DNA of 64,000 bases, from positions 224,001-288,000 of the forward strand of contig JBBIPC010000001.1 in assembly GCA_037443035.1 (NCBI GenBank). The letters run 5' to 3'. Position 1 is the stretch's first letter. The number at the start of each line of letters is the position of its first letter. The translations under genes were made by a program, and so were the position numbers. The notes beneath the pieces are model-generated. The model was not told the origin of the DNA. It saw nothing but the letters and a program-made list of their open reading frames with translations, and made no database searches. This DNA comes from Chthonomonadales bacterium (GTDB lineage Bacteria > Armatimonadota > Chthonomonadetes > Chthonomonadales > CAJBBX01). Of this stretch, positions 30,083 through 39,927 are shown piece by piece.

Positions 30083-33000
30083 ATGAACCGTACATACAGA
30101 CGAAAACTGCAGGCAGCCATTCTGGCGGCCGCCATCCTCATGGGCGTCCGCTTCGCGGCTTCTGCGCAGCAAGCAGCGCCCATCCCGCTCGACCTCACGG
30201 GAGTCAAGCCCCAGAGCGCTTTCGGCGGCGTGGAACTGCCGTACCTCGACAAGCATGGGTCAGCCACAGCGCCGACCGCTCGCTGCGTCGAGACGCTGCC
30301 TGGCAACGGCACACGGGCGGGCTATATGTTGTCGCACGGCGGCATCGTTCCTTCGTCTGTGCGTGTCTCCGTCGGTGCTCGATCCCTGCGTTCGGGTGTG
30401 GACTACGGGCTCGACTACGCTTCGGGAATGCTTGTGTTCACGGAAGCAGTACGCCGGTTCGAGACAATCACGATCAGCTACGACTATGTGCAACAGGCCG
30501 ATGCGGCGCGGTCCATGGTTCCGACCTCGGGTCTCGCCCTGAACTTTAGGGGCACGAGCTTGAACTTCGGGTATGGCGTCTCCTCGTTCAACGGCCTCGA
30601 CTTCAACAGCTACGGCTTGGCAATGAATAGCAAGCTCGGCAAGAGCGGTACATTGTCAGGTCTGGTCTACTTCAGCACACCATCGGCTAGCAACCTGAAC
30701 GTGGTCGGCAGAACGGACGCGACGCGGGCGTCCGCCGTCAAGCGCGATGCTCGTCAGGCTCGCAGCGACCATCTGGTGACCCAGGAACTCAACGCGAGGC
30801 TCGGTTCCGCAACTGTGCGCGCTAGCTACCAAGATGTGGGTGCCTCATTCGGCGGGTTCCAGGCCATGCGACAGGCCAACGCGAACAACGCCGAACTGAC
30901 CAACCAGATCAATACGCTCGAGAGGGAGCGTGGCATTCGTCGCCTTGGTTTCGGCACCGATCTTGTCGTAGGGAAAGACGGCAAGCTAGGGTTCGACTGG
31001 GGCAGAACATCCGACGGAAAAGGTGACATCTCTCGTCAGAGCCTGTCCCTGAGCACCAAAGCCCTATCCTTCAGCTATAGCGATCTGGACATTGGCCGGA
31101 CATTCGAAGGCTTCAAGCAGCTTCGCGAAGGAGCGGCACCGCAGTGGGCCCGCGAGAGGGGCATGCGCAGAACGGACATGGCACTCTCGCTCACCCCCGG
31201 CAAGGACAGTAAGTTCGACTTCGGTCAGACCTCGCTTCGCGATCCATCGGGCGTGCTCGCACGACAGTCGCTCACGCTCGGCACCAAGACCCTGGGGTTC
31301 ACCTACAGCCGACGCTCTGTAGATGCCACCTTCGGTCGGCTCAATGATCTGTCGGACGCCGAGAAGAACGAGCTGGCCCTGGAGATTCGCCGTCAGTTCA
31401 ATCCGAACGCCACAGCCGGCGAGGTCACTCCTCAGGAGAGACAACAGATCGCTGGAGAAGCGGGTATCGAGCGGGCGCGTCTTGGCTTCACTGCGAATCT
31501 TCGGCAAGCTGGTTCGTTCGCCCTCAATCAGTTCACTGTCAGCGACGGTTCCGGCACCATACGCCGCAACGCCTTGTCCCTCACAGGCCGGGGATACCAG
31601 CTCTCCTATATGGACCAGAGCATTGACAGGGACTTCAGTCGCCTAGGGAGTCTCAACCAGTTCGAACGTGCCCAGTACGGCAACGAACTGGGAGTGCGCC
31701 GGAACGCACTCGACTTCGCCATGGCTCTGAACAAGCACTCTAACCTTGCCTACAGCCAGTCCAGCATTCGGGATGACGCTGGCGGTATGACTCGGCAGAG
31801 CATCGGCTTCGCTGGCAAAGGCGTCAACGCGGTCTTGAACCTCGCCTCGACGGATTCTTCTTTCGCGCGCGCGCGCGACCTGGTCGGTCTCAACGATCAG
31901 CAGAAGGCTGCCATCGAAGCAGAGCGAGGCTTCCGTCGCATGGACTTCGCTGCCAACGTGACAGCGTTCAAGGGCCTGAGCCTGCAGACCTACACGTACA
32001 ATGCCGTGAATGACGAACAGGGCGTCTCGCTCAACCGATTCCGACACTTCGCCGAATGGACACTGGGTCGAGCGAGCCGCGTGACCTACCTAACCGAAGG
32101 ACAGTCCAGTGCTACTGCGGGCTCCGTTACGAACGGCGTGCAGCACTCCCTGCTCACGCTCGACCAGCAGTTCTCCCGCGGCATGAAGCTTAACGCGTTT
32201 GCCGATACCGTTGCCACGACAAACGGCGGCTCTAGCAACACGGTCACAACGCATTTCGTCCACTTCGAGACCGACCGGTCCAAGGCGAACAATCTCATGG
32301 CCGAGACCAAGCGTGTTCGCTCCACCACCGGTTCGTTCGAGAACACGACCCAGCTCGACCTGAACTACCGCGCGTCCCGGAGCATGACGTTCCGGTTGAA
32401 CCACCTGGCCGTTGACCGGGGCTCCGATCCATCTGCAACGACCAACACTCTCACGATGAACTGGCAGGTGCGCAAGAACCTGCAGTTCTCCGGCAGCTAC
32501 GCTTTGACCAACACCAACAACGGTCAGGATGCCGTCGCTAAGTCGTTCTCGCTTGGTGGTGAACTGATCCGGAACTTCAACCTAACGGGTACCTACAGCG
32601 AGGCTGGAGTTGTCGGCAAGCCGCGCAGGGCTGCCTCGGACATCAGCATCAGCAATGCTAAGCCGTTCTCGTTCTTGGGACTGACCAACACAACTCTCGC
32701 CTTCAAGTACACGTCGCTGAATGACCAGGGACGACAGGTTAGCGAAGGCGTCTCGGGTGTGCTGAAGGCCAATCTCGGCAAGAACCTGCTTGCGTTCGAG
32801 TACGGCGGTTCCCTCGATCCCAAGAACAACAGTGCAGTTTCCCGCATGGTTTCGTTCGTGAGCGATCGCAACGAGAAGCTGCCGATCCATTTCGACATCA
32901 CCTACAAAGCGCGCAATATCAACCGCGGTGATGTCCAGCTTATCCGCAACTACAACCTCTCGCTGCGCCTCGACAAGCAAACCGACATTCGGTACTCCTA

Positions 33001-33379
33001 CGTATCGCTGCCCGAAGCCAACGGCCGAATTCAGCCGCTCATGAACTCCACGTTCTCCCTGAAGCGCACGCTGAACAGCGTCTCGAGCTTCGCTCTCGAC
33101 TATTCCACCAACCGCGACTACGCTAAGCGCACACAGGTGCGCAAGCTGGGTGCCCTCTACCAGACCAAAGTCAACAAGCTGGCTGCTGTCCAGGTTGGCT
33201 ACAGCGTGGATATCAGCAACCTCAACGGGCAGAACACCAACGCTCACACTGTTTCGTTGAACTTCGACCGCCGCGTGAGCACCGATAACGTGCTGGCGTT
33301 CGGCGCTGCGTACACGATGAACCAGAACGGCCAGGCCGACGATGTTCGCGGCACGGTCGAATTCCGGACGCGGTTCTAA
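30083..33379 (+). CDS. 1098-aa exported, probably outer-membrane beta-barrel protein with internal repeats
   Basis: Signal peptide, amphipathic beta-strand pattern, C-terminal ...VEFRTRF, GGAGG SD. Confidence 0.75.
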   Translation: MNRTYRRKLQAAILAAAILMGVRFAASAQQAAPIPLDLTGVKPQSAFGGVELPYLDKHGSATAPTARCVETLPGNGTRAGYMLSHGGIVPSSVRVSVGARSLRSGVDYGLDYASGMLVFTEAVRRFETITISYDYVQQADAARSMVPTSGLALNFRGTSLNFGYGVSSFNGLDFNSYGLAMNSKLGKSGTLSGLVYFSTPSASNLNVVGRTDATRASAVKRDARQARSDHLVTQELNARLGSATVRASYQDVGASFGGFQAMRQANANNAELTNQINTLERERGIRRLGFGTDLVVGKDGKLGFDWGRTSDGKGDISRQSLSLSTKALSFSYSDLDIGRTFEGFKQLREGAAPQWARERGMRRTDMALSLTPGKDSKFDFGQTSLRDPSGVLARQSLTLGTKTLGFTYSRRSVDATFGRLNDLSDAEKNELALEIRRQFNPNATAGEVTPQERQQIAGEAGIERARLGFTANLRQAGSFALNQFTVSDGSGTIRRNALSLTGRGYQLSYMDQSIDRDFSRLGSLNQFERAQYGNELGVRRNALDFAMALNKHSNLAYSQSSIRDDAGGMTRQSIGFAGKGVNAVLNLASTDSSFARARDLVGLNDQQKAAIEAERGFRRMDFAANVTAFKGLSLQTYTYNAVNDEQGVSLNRFRHFAEWTLGRASRVTYLTEGQSSATAGSVTNGVQHSLLTLDQQFSRGMKLNAFADTVATTNGGSSNTVTTHFVHFETDRSKANNLMAETKRVRSTTGSFENTTQLDLNYRASRSMTFRLNHLAVDRGSDPSATTNTLTMNWQVRKNLQFSGSYALTNTNNGQDAVAKSFSLGGELIRNFNLTGTYSEAGVVGKPRRAASDISISNAKPFSFLGLTNTTLAFKYTSLNDQGRQVSEGVSGVLKANLGKNLLAFEYGGSLDPKNNSAVSRMVSFVSDRNEKLPIHFDITYKARNINRGDVQLIRNYNLSLRLDKQTDIRYSYVSLPEANGRIQPLMNSTFSLKRTLNSVSSFALDYSTNRDYAKRTQVRKLGALYQTKVNKLAAVQVGYSVDISNLNGQNTNAHTVSLNFDRRVSTDNVLAFGAAYTMNQNGQADDVRGTVEFRTRF

Positions 33380-33613
33380 GTCTGTACCCACCCGCACTGC
33401 AACACATTAGCGTGCACTTCTAGCTTAACCTCCACCTCAGACCTAGCTTTCCATCTCTCCTTCTGACCGTGCCTCTCGCGCCTCGAGCCCGCCTTCCCAT
33501 CTTCTGACGCGGTATACTCCCATCGTTCCTGAGAGAAGACCGATATAGCACTTCGGCACGCCACCCGTGCTGGGTGCATTGCCCCACCGGAGCGTGTAGA
33601 GGAGCGACAGAAG

Positions 33614-34591
33614 ATGGACACAAGTCAGGTACTCCTGCGAGGGAAGCAGGTTCTGCGGGCGGAAGCATCGGCCGTGGAGGACCTGATCGGACGACTCGAT
33701 GACAACTTCGCACTGGCGGCTCAGTACGTCCTCGAATGCAGAGGGCGCGTTGTCACGACGGGTGTGGGCAAAGCAGGGGCCATCGCCCGGAAAGTTGCAG
33801 CGACTCTCTCTTCCACAGGCTCGCCCGCCCTTTTCCTCCATCCCGCCGAGGGCGTCCACGGCGACCTGGGAGCAGTCACCGAAGTGGATGTCGTCCTCGC
33901 CTTCTCGTACAGTGGAGAAAGCGATGAAGTCAGTCGCATTCTCCCGACACTCCGGCGGATCGGGGCAACGCTCATCGCTGTTACAGCGCACAAGAACTCG
34001 ACTCTCGGACGTGCAGCCCAAGTAATACTGGATGTGACCGTGCGGGCCGAAGCATGCCCGCTCGGATTGGCCCCTACCGCGTCCACGACTGCCATGCTTG
34101 CCATCGGCGATGCCCTGGCCATTGCAGTCATGGAAGCGCGCGGTTTCACCCGCGACGACTTCGCAATGTATCACCCGGCAGGGGCCCTCGGACGGCGATT
34201 GACGCTTCGGGTGTCGGATGTCATGCGGACTGGTGCGCAGATGGCGTTGGTAACGGAAGACACCACTCTGCGGGATACTCTCTTCGCCATCACCAAAGCC
34301 GGTGCCGGTGCCGCGTTCATCGTTGACGCTGACGGTCGGCTTGCCGGCATCCTGACGGATGGGGATGTGCGTCGTGCGTTATTGAAGGACCCGAACGCGC
34401 TCGGTCGAGAAGCAGGGCAACTGATGAATCGGCAGCCACTCGTTATTCAGGGCGACCCGCTGGCTGCAGAAGCACTGACGATACTGGAGGAGTCCGAGCG
34501 TCGCCCCGGTGAGGCTCCGGTGCTGGACGCCGATGGTCGGCCAGTGGGTTGTATCATGCTCAAAGACTTGCTCCGCTGCGGGATCGTCTAG
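33614..34591 (+). CDS. kdsD: Arabinose-5-phosphate isomerase (KpsF/GutQ family, SIS+CBS)
   Basis: GVGKAG.IARK.AAT..STG, HPAEGVHGDLG, EACPLGLAPT.ST, HPAGALG. Confidence 0.93.
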   Translation: MDTSQVLLRGKQVLRAEASAVEDLIGRLDDNFALAAQYVLECRGRVVTTGVGKAGAIARKVAATLSSTGSPALFLHPAEGVHGDLGAVTEVDVVLAFSYSGESDEVSRILPTLRRIGATLIAVTAHKNSTLGRAAQVILDVTVRAEACPLGLAPTASTTAMLAIGDALAIAVMEARGFTRDDFAMYHPAGALGRRLTLRVSDVMRTGAQMALVTEDTTLRDTLFAITKAGAGAAFIVDADGRLAGILTDGDVRRALLKDPNALGREAGQLMNRQPLVIQGDPLAAEALTILEESERRPGEAPVLDADGRPVGCIMLKDLLRCGIV

Positions 34592-35154
34592 TGGACAGCC
34601 TGTCGCCACAACTGACTGCACGCTTTGCCGCTGTCCGCCTTTTCGCCATGGATGTGGATGGTGTTCTCACCGATGGAGGGCTGTGGTTCGGTACTTCTGG
34701 CGAATCCAAGCGTTTCGATGTCCGAGATGGTCTAGGTCTGCGACTCCTCCTGCAGGTCGGAATCTCTGTGGCATGGATCACAGCCAGGGCATCCGAAGCG
34801 GTCGCCCGTCGTGCCAGCGAGATCGGTTCCGTCCGTGTGTTGGATGGTGTTAGCGACAAGGCTCTCGCGATACGCGATCTAGCGTCGGGGGAAAGGATCG
34901 AGCTTCGGCAGGTGGCTTACATGGGCGATGACCTGAACGATCTGCCAGCGCTCAGACTTTGCGGCTGCGCGTGTGCACCGGCCGATGCAACCCGGCTTGT
35001 CCGTTCCTCCGCCCATTACGTTTGTAGCGCTCGAGGTGGTCATGGGGCAGTGCGGGAAGTAGCGGAACGGATTCTTGTTGCCTCAGGCAGCTTCGAGGCG
35101 GCTGTCGAGGGATACCTCGCCAACCTCCAGACACCCCGCTCGCTCGACGGTTGA
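34591..35154 (+). CDS. kdsC: Kdo-8-phosphate phosphatase (HAD family)
   Basis: MDVDGVLTDG, FDVRDGLG, YMGDDLND, GGHGAVRE. Confidence 0.92.
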   Translation: MDSLSPQLTARFAAVRLFAMDVDGVLTDGGLWFGTSGESKRFDVRDGLGLRLLLQVGISVAWITARASEAVARRASEIGSVRVLDGVSDKALAIRDLASGERIELRQVAYMGDDLNDLPALRLCGCACAPADATRLVRSSAHYVCSARGGHGAVREVAERILVASGSFEAAVEGYLANLQTPRSLDG

Positions 35155-35173
35155 AACTTGCTGTTGATCACGA

Positions 35174-36130
35174 ATGACTATCGAGAGACCTATGCTCGTC
35201 ATCGTCGGTCCCACCGCAGTGGGCAAGACCCGAGTCGCGCTGGAAGCCGCGCGGGCCCTCGGAGGCGAACTCATCAGCGCGGACTCGATGGCCGTCTACC
35301 GAGGTCTCGATATTGGCACGGCCAAGCCGACGTTAGCAGAACGTGGTGGAGTCCCTTGCCATCTGATTGACGTCGTCGAGCCCACCGAGACCTTCAGTGC
35401 GGCTGCGTTCAGAGATCTGGCGAAGAGCGTCATCGCTGAGTGCCGAAGCAGAAACGCATTGCCGGTCATCGCCGGCGGTACTGGCTTCTATGTTCGAGCA
35501 CTACTGGACGGGCTCGGTTTGGCAGGAGTACCAGCGGATCCTGCCGTACGACACGAACTACGGCTCCAAGCTGAACGCCTCGGTACCAAGCATCTCTACG
35601 AGCGTCTAGTCGTAGTCGATCCTGTCTCCGCTCGGCGCATCCACCCCAACGACGCAGTGCGCATTGTGCGCGCACTGGAAGTCTGGCAGGTCTCTGGCCG
35701 GACGCTGACGCAGATCGCAGAAGAGGAATCCAGGACCCGAAAGCCCTTGCCTGCCGTGCGCATCGGACTGCGGATGGACGTGCGCGTGCTCGACCAGAGG
35801 ATCAACGAGCGGGTGGACGCGATGTTCGGTGCCGGGTTGGTTGACGAGGTCGGGAACGTCCTTGCGCGTGGAGTAGATCCTGATGCCCCGGGTCTGCGCG
35901 GTCTTGGCTACAAGGAAGTCGTCTCCTACTTACGCGGTATGATTACACTTCCGGAATGCGTAGATATGGTGAAGAGAAACACACGACGATACGCGAGACG
36001 CCAGATGACATGGTTTCGAGCAGATCGAGCGATCCAATGGTTCGACGTGACCGAGAGGACGGCGAGCGAGATCGCCAACCAGGTCGTGGCAGTGTATAGC
36101 GATGTGCCCAGGAGGACTCCACGTAGATGA
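35174..36130 (+). CDS. miaA: tRNA dimethylallyltransferase
   Basis: [42 protein letters not shown]. Confidence 0.97.
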   Translation: MTIERPMLVIVGPTAVGKTRVALEAARALGGELISADSMAVYRGLDIGTAKPTLAERGGVPCHLIDVVEPTETFSAAAFRDLAKSVIAECRSRNALPVIAGGTGFYVRALLDGLGLAGVPADPAVRHELRLQAERLGTKHLYERLVVVDPVSARRIHPNDAVRIVRALEVWQVSGRTLTQIAEEESRTRKPLPAVRIGLRMDVRVLDQRINERVDAMFGAGLVDEVGNVLARGVDPDAPGLRGLGYKEVVSYLRGMITLPECVDMVKRNTRRYARRQMTWFRADRAIQWFDVTERTASEIANQVVAVYSDVPRRTPRR

Positions 36131-36462
36131 GCAAGCCTCAGCCCAACATACAGGACCTGTTCCTGAACCAGATACGCAAGGAAAACACGGCCGTAACGAT
36201 CTACTTGACCAATGGTGTGCAGCTCCGTGGTCATATTCGTGGCTTCGATCCGTTCACGGTTCTACTGGAATCACCGGGGCGACCGACGCAGATCGTCTAC
36301 AAGCACGCCATGACCTCGATTGTGCCACTCCGCCCGGTGACCGGCTTTACGGGCGGCACGCCCGCGGAAGCCACGAGGAGGGTTGGAGAGCAGGGATCGG
36401 CGGACGCAGCGCAGGCAGATGCCCCAGGCGACACTGGAGTGGAGAGAGGTGCCGAGACGTGA
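36127..36462 (+). CDS. hfq: RNA chaperone Hfq
   Basis: [36 protein letters not shown]; canonical position after miaA. Confidence 0.95.
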   Translation: MSKPQPNIQDLFLNQIRKENTAVTIYLTNGVQLRGHIRGFDPFTVLLESPGRPTQIVYKHAMTSIVPLRPVTGFTGGTPAEATRRVGEQGSADAAQADAPGDTGVERGAET

Positions 36463-37298
36463 AGTTCAGTAAGATGCAAGGGATAGGCAATGATTTCGTG
36501 GTAGTGGACTGTGTTACGCAGTCACACTCAGAAGAAACACTTGCTAGCCTTGCGCAGAAGATCTGTGATCGGCGATTCGGTATTGGCGCCGATGGTCTGA
36601 TACTGGTGCTGCCATCGCGATCCGCAGACTTTCGCATGCGGATGTTCAACCCTGACGGCTCTGAAGCCGAGATGTGCGGCAACGGCACTCGCTGCTTGGC
36701 GCGCTTCGTGTACGACCATGGCTTGACGGACGCCACTTCGATCGCCCTCGAGACACTGGCTGGCATTAGGAACCTCAAACTGCATACCCGCGGTCGCTCT
36801 GTCGAGGCGGTTCGAGTGGACATGGGGCAGCCCATTCTCCGTCGCTCGCTCATCCCCATGCGAGGAACCGACTCACCCGACGTCTTGGATGAGACGATCA
36901 AGGTGAACAACCGAAAAGTGCGCATCACGGCTGTCTCTATGGGCAACCCGCATGCCGTTACCTTCGACCTTGGTACAGAGATGCATACCGTGACGTCCCT
37001 CGGGCCTCTTATCGAGAACCATCGCCTTTTTCCGAGCCGGACGAACGTTCAGTTCGCAGATGTGAAGACCACTACAGAGGTGGTTCTGCGCACCTGGGAA
37101 CGTGGCGCGGGCGTTACGCTCGGATGTGGCACCGGAGCATGTGCGACCGTCGTTGCGGGCGTGCTCACGGGTCGGCTCAATCGGAGAGTGACGGTGCATC
37201 TGCTGGGCGGCGATCTCATCGTCGAGCTGACCGGCGACAACAGGGTTGTCATGACCGGTCCGGCCGAGGAAGTTTTCCAGGGCGAATACCCGCTTTGA
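36459..37298 (+). CDS. dapF: Diaminopimelate epimerase
   Basis: [43 protein letters not shown] start. Confidence 0.96.
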   Translation: MKFSKMQGIGNDFVVVDCVTQSHSEETLASLAQKICDRRFGIGADGLILVLPSRSADFRMRMFNPDGSEAEMCGNGTRCLARFVYDHGLTDATSIALETLAGIRNLKLHTRGRSVEAVRVDMGQPILRRSLIPMRGTDSPDVLDETIKVNNRKVRITAVSMGNPHAVTFDLGTEMHTVTSLGPLIENHRLFPSRTNVQFADVKTTTEVVLRTWERGAGVTLGCGTGACATVVAGVLTGRLNRRVTVHLLGGDLIVELTGDNRVVMTGPAEEVFQGEYPL

Positions 37299-37319
37299 GC
37301 AACGACCGGAGCGAACGCC

Positions 37320-38147
37320 ATGCGGTTTTCCATATGCAATGAGACCTTCCAGGGGTGGGACTGGGAGCGAACCTGCAAGTTCGCTGGATCCTTGGGTTAC
37401 GAGGGACTCGAGATCGCGCCGTTCACATTCGCAGAAGACGCCCGGAGTATCGGTGCTGGCGAAAGGGTAGCCATACGGCGTATTGCGGAGCGGCACGGTC
37501 TGCAGATCGTTGGCCTGCACTGGCTCCTCGTCTCACCCAAGGGCCTGTCGGTGACATGTCCTGACGCTTCGGTTCGCAAGGCCACGTCCGACTACTTGGT
37601 CGCCTTGGTTGAGGTCTGCGCCGACCTGGGCGGCGGGATCATGGTCTTGGGCTCCCCGGCGCAACGACGGATCGAAGCTGGTACCACGCGGGATGCAGCC
37701 GTCCGCTACTTCATCGAGTCCCTCAAGCCGGTCTTGGATCGAGCTGCGGCCAGAGGAGTGACTGTCTGTGTGGAGCCTCTGCCGGCACCCGAGGCGAACT
37801 TCATTCAGACACTGGCCGAAGCAGCGGACATAGTCTATTTGTTCCAGCATCCTGCAGCGAAGACTATCTTGGATGTGAAAAGCGCCTCGGCGGAAGGCAA
37901 GCCGCTGTGCGATCTGATACGAAGTTACGCGCCTATCTTGGCTCACGTGCATGCCAACGATGCCAACCGACGCGGTCCCGGCTTCGGAACAACGAACTTC
38001 GTACCCATCTTAGCGACGCTGATGGAAGTCGGCTACTCTGGCTACGTTTCGGTGGAAGTCTTCGATTACTCGCCGGATCCGGAGACCATCGCTCGAGAGA
38101 GCATCCGCTATCTGCGACATTGCGAGAGTGCGAGCAGCAAAGCCTAA
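37320..38147 (+). CDS. Sugar phosphate isomerase/epimerase (xylose-isomerase-like TIM barrel)
   Basis: GLEIAPF, VEPL...E.NF, HVHANDANRRGPG, SVEVFD. Confidence 0.85.
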   Translation: MRFSICNETFQGWDWERTCKFAGSLGYEGLEIAPFTFAEDARSIGAGERVAIRRIAERHGLQIVGLHWLLVSPKGLSVTCPDASVRKATSDYLVALVEVCADLGGGIMVLGSPAQRRIEAGTTRDAAVRYFIESLKPVLDRAAARGVTVCVEPLPAPEANFIQTLAEAADIVYLFQHPAAKTILDVKSASAEGKPLCDLIRSYAPILAHVHANDANRRGPGFGTTNFVPILATLMEVGYSGYVSVEVFDYSPDPETIARESIRYLRHCESASSKA

Positions 38148-38171
38148 CGTTCAGTCGGCCTAGCCTTGCCT

Positions 38172-39926
38172 CTATCCCATGGTGCTTTCCGTGGACACTG
38201 CTTCGAACGTTTCCGCGCAACACTCCGGTGGGAGATGGCGGCCCCCGCGGTACTCCTCGATGACGTATACTTCGTCACTATCGCCCACCGAATCTGAGCT
38301 GCGTACGACCTGCACGGATGCGCCTCCTGCCCGGCGCACGAGGATCGGGATGGCACCTAAGGTGCGCACAGCCTGCCGCGCAGGCCGTCCAGCGCAACTT
38401 CGCAATTCGTCGCTGCTCAGCCGCCTTACTGCCAGGAGCCGGTCACGGTATGCAATGCCCTGGACCACCCCTTCAGCAAGGGCACATGCAACAAACGTGG
38501 CGCCTGCGACAGTAGACGGGTTGAGAGCCACGTCTACTCCAAGGGTCTGGGTTCCGAGCCGCTCGGCCAGTCTGTGGCTGAAGAGCCGCACAACCGTTCG
38601 GATGCGATCGTTCATTGCCCGGGCGTCATGCGCGACCCGGAGATTCACGATGTCGTTGTCCGTCACTGCTACCACGGCTTTGGCGTTATCGACGCCCGCT
38701 TGTCGCAAGATATGGGGATCGCTGCCATCTCCATGGATGACAGGAACCCTTTCCCGCACGACGTGAGGAAACGGAATATCCGTGCTGTTATCTACAGCGA
38801 GCACAGTCTCTCCCATCGTGTGCAGATGCATCGCCACTCTGTAGCCTATGTTGCCAAGACCGACAATGACGATATGGTCACGAAGCGTCGTGCGGTGCTG
38901 TCCCAGCGCCTGCTCCACACGCTGAGTGACAAGGTAGTTCGTGATCACGCCGAGCCCAACCACAAGCAGCAAGACGCCCATGAACATGGTCATGATTCCG
39001 AAGATCTTGACCAGAGGCGGGGCGTGGATCAGCACAATGTCACCGAAGCCAACGGTGGTGACCACAGTCGCCGTGAAATAAACCGCATCCAGCCACGTCA
39101 GGCCAAGAGCGAGTTTGTAGACGGCGACGGCCGCGACGAAGAGCACGGCGAACGTCCCGAGCGTGACCCGAAGGAGCGGTGTCGTTTCCTGCCACAGGGA
39201 CTTGACCATACTCCAAGGCGGCCGCCACCGAAGGCGCTTCTCTTTCGAGCGCCGCTTCGCATCAGGGTCGTGGGCTGGCTTCCGGCCGCAGCGGGCCGAT
39301 GCCACGACTACAACGTCCCCAACCGCCAACGGCGTGCTTGCTCTGGCCTCGGTCGGGTGCTCGTCAGACCTTCGGCGAACGGCCAGCGGCACACCGTTCA
39401 ACTCTTCAGCCACTTCCCCCAGAGAAGCTCCTCGGCTAAGGTGCTCCGCACCGATCTGATGCTCCACGATCTCTATGGCCGCGTTCGGCGCCACCTGCGC
39501 GCTGAGCACATTACCACCTAGGGCGGCTGCCACAAATGCACCCGCTGCCACCGCACCAGCGTTGAGAACGGCACGGACGGGCAAGCTCGAACGCACGCTC
39601 TCGGCAAGCTGTTCATCGTAGATGCGCACGACGACCGGAACATGCGGCGCGAGCCGCATGGCGTCCATGGCTGTCTCGAGATTGGCTAGATCGTCGTCCG
39701 TGGCAATGATGATGGCCCTGGCCGTTGAAAGGCTCGCATCCACCAGCGCGGTCTCGTCCCGCTCATCATCCATGACGACGGCCGACGCCCACCGCTGGAC
39801 GCGGGCACGCCACTCCCTAGGCACATCCCTTGTGATCACAACTACGGGTATTTCCTGCTTCGCCAGGATCTGCAGGACCGAGATAGCAACCTTTCCCAGA
39901 CCGCACAGGACGACGTGGTTGCGCAT
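38172..39926 (-). CDS. Potassium channel family protein with TrkA/RCK domains on both sides of the pore
   Basis: Pore motif TVVTTVGFGD; two GLGxxG/A Rossmann motifs. Confidence 0.88.
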   Translation of the reverse strand: MRNHVVLCGLGKVAISVLQILAKQEIPVVVITRDVPREWRARVQRWASAVVMDDERDETALVDASLSTARAIIIATDDDLANLETAMDAMRLAPHVPVVVRIYDEQLAESVRSSLPVRAVLNAGAVAAGAFVAAALGGNVLSAQVAPNAAIEIVEHQIGAEHLSRGASLGEVAEELNGVPLAVRRRSDEHPTEARASTPLAVGDVVVVASARCGRKPAHDPDAKRRSKEKRLRWRPPWSMVKSLWQETTPLLRVTLGTFAVLFVAAVAVYKLALGLTWLDAVYFTATVVTTVGFGDIVLIHAPPLVKIFGIMTMFMGVLLLVVGLGVITNYLVTQRVEQALGQHRTTLRDHIVIVGLGNIGYRVAMHLHTMGETVLAVDNSTDIPFPHVVRERVPVIHGDGSDPHILRQAGVDNAKAVVAVTDNDIVNLRVAHDARAMNDRIRTVVRLFSHRLAERLGTQTLGVDVALNPSTVAGATFVACALAEGVVQGIAYRDRLLAVRRLSSDELRSCAGRPARQAVRTLGAIPILVRRAGGASVQVVRSSDSVGDSDEVYVIEEYRGGRHLPPECCAETFEAVSTESTMG

Positions 39927-39927
39927 G

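Noticed and set aside
33380..33613. Pyrimidine-rich intergenic region with short imperfect repeats (CCATC..TTCTGAC)
   Set aside because: Only two degenerate copies and no convincing fold; not CRISPR-like and not supportable as an ncRNA.
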